This document shows, piece by piece, positions 63,229-64,000 of a stretch of 64,000 bases of DNA. Under the pieces are notes generated by a model that was not told where the DNA came from, ran no database searches, and saw only the letters and a list, made by a program, of their open reading frames with translations. Within the stretch, counting starts at the first letter, position 1; each line of letters starts with the position of its first letter. Origin of the DNA: Bdellovibrionales bacterium (GTDB taxonomy: Bacteria; Bdellovibrionota; Bdellovibrionia; Bdellovibrionales; JAGQZY01); NCBI GenBank assembly GCA_964230645.1, contig CAXRHT010000001.1, positions 352,001-416,000 of the forward strand, in the 5' to 3' direction. A program made the translations under genes and the position numbers.

Positions 63229-63258
63229 AAAAAAGGTCCCAGAAAGGACCTTTTTTTT
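63229..63258. terminator. Bidirectional intrinsic terminator
   Basis: A run-ggtcc-cagaaa-ggacc-T run between convergent genes. Confidence 0.8.
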
Positions 63259-63285
63259 GCCCCAAAGGGGCCTGCCTCTTTTTGC

Positions 63286-64000
63286 TTAGAGGGGCCAGGA
63301 GAAGTTGATGAAGTATGGCACTTTGACCCAGAAGAAATGGGTGTCATCAATTTGGAATTCTTCACCACTTTCCGTTCGTGATAGTGAATGAAAAGATGTG
63401 GAGCTGCCTCCATCCAAAGCCACTGCTTCTGTGGCTTTTAGCTCTGTAAGAAGAAAGCGTCTGATTTCGTTGAAACTAGCAAGCCTTGAGTAAAGAATCA
63501 GAACATCACCGCTTTGATCAATCGCCAGGATCATTCTCTCATCAAGTCGGTTTGGACTGTGCACCCCAGAAATGTAATCGGACCTTTGAATCAATCGAGG
63601 GGTAGCCTGGACAGCGACTCGGTGATTTTCTGATTCTTCATAACGCGAAGCCGGTGTGATATCACAAGAATTCTTACCACAATGAAAAACTCCACCTCTA
63701 TTGGAAAGCGGTCGACCAAGTGAAGTCGAGCCATCTTTTAAAAACAAGGTGGGCTCGGATGCTTTATTGAAATACGAGGCATTGATGCGAAGATTCCACG
63801 CTGGCATGTCGGTTCCCTTAAACTCCCCTCTTTTAGAAGTCTCTATGGAGAAGTCTACCGCTTGCGGGGAGAAGTGAGCCACCTGCACGTTTAGCCTTCT
63901 TTCTAGAGGAAGGCCGTCGCATTCTGTTTTTAGGTGACTAGAGATTTTATAGTCGACGATCTGCATGGAACTCACTTCGTCAATAAGCTCCTCATCTTCT
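63286..64000 (-). CDS. Phosphodiester glycosidase (NAGPA/DUF2233-like) family protein; 5' end probably beyond the window
   Basis: INASYF, QATPRL, ALDGGSST; the frame stays open upstream of 63975 to the window edge. Confidence 0.7.
   Translation of the reverse strand, partial: EDEELIDEVSSMQIVDYKISSHLKTECDGLPLERRLNVQVAHFSPQAVDFSIETSKRGEFKGTDMPAWNLRINASYFNKASEPTLFLKDGSTSLGRPLSNRGGVFHCGKNSCDITPASRYEESENHRVAVQATPRLIQRSDYISGVHSPNRLDERMILAIDQSGDVLILYSRLASFNEIRRFLLTELKATEAVALDGGSSTSFHSLSRTESGEEFQIDDTHFFWVKVPYFINFSWPL

Overview
A 64 kb chromosomal window of a bacterium most consistent with Bdellovibrionota. This is an inference from the FQNC-type lipoprotein, tandem vWA lipoproteins and a 2790-aa S74-chaperoned fibre with no phage genes nearby. 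Mostly housekeeping genes on the minus strand: lysS, fbaB, queC, moxR-DUF58-transglutaminase, recJ, secF-secD-yajC-tgt-queA, tRNA-Leu(GAG), proBAC, deoC plus two ALDH genes, ampG, ABC-F and glnS. Accessory blocks are a carotenoid cluster (crtE-crtI-crtB-cyclase-ABC, with crtZ convergent) and a surface/adhesion block (three vWA lipoproteins plus the fibre). No CRISPR, integrase, transposase or prophage was recognised. The most notable observations are: (1) a 5-oxoprolinase fused to a gamma-glutamylcyclotransferase; (2) two 160-174 bp long-stem, branched-loop hairpin elements, each followed on one side by a strong strand skew at third codon positions of the neighbouring gene; (3) a candidate structured sRNA between tRNA-Leu and queA with an anti-Shine-Dalgarno loop; (4) four TGTC-tagged REP/REPIN loci with stuttered ends; (5) shared sigma28-like and GTCTCA-N3-TGAGAC motifs upstream of the adhesin genes. 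All family calls are by motif recognition, not database search, and all counts were made by hand.
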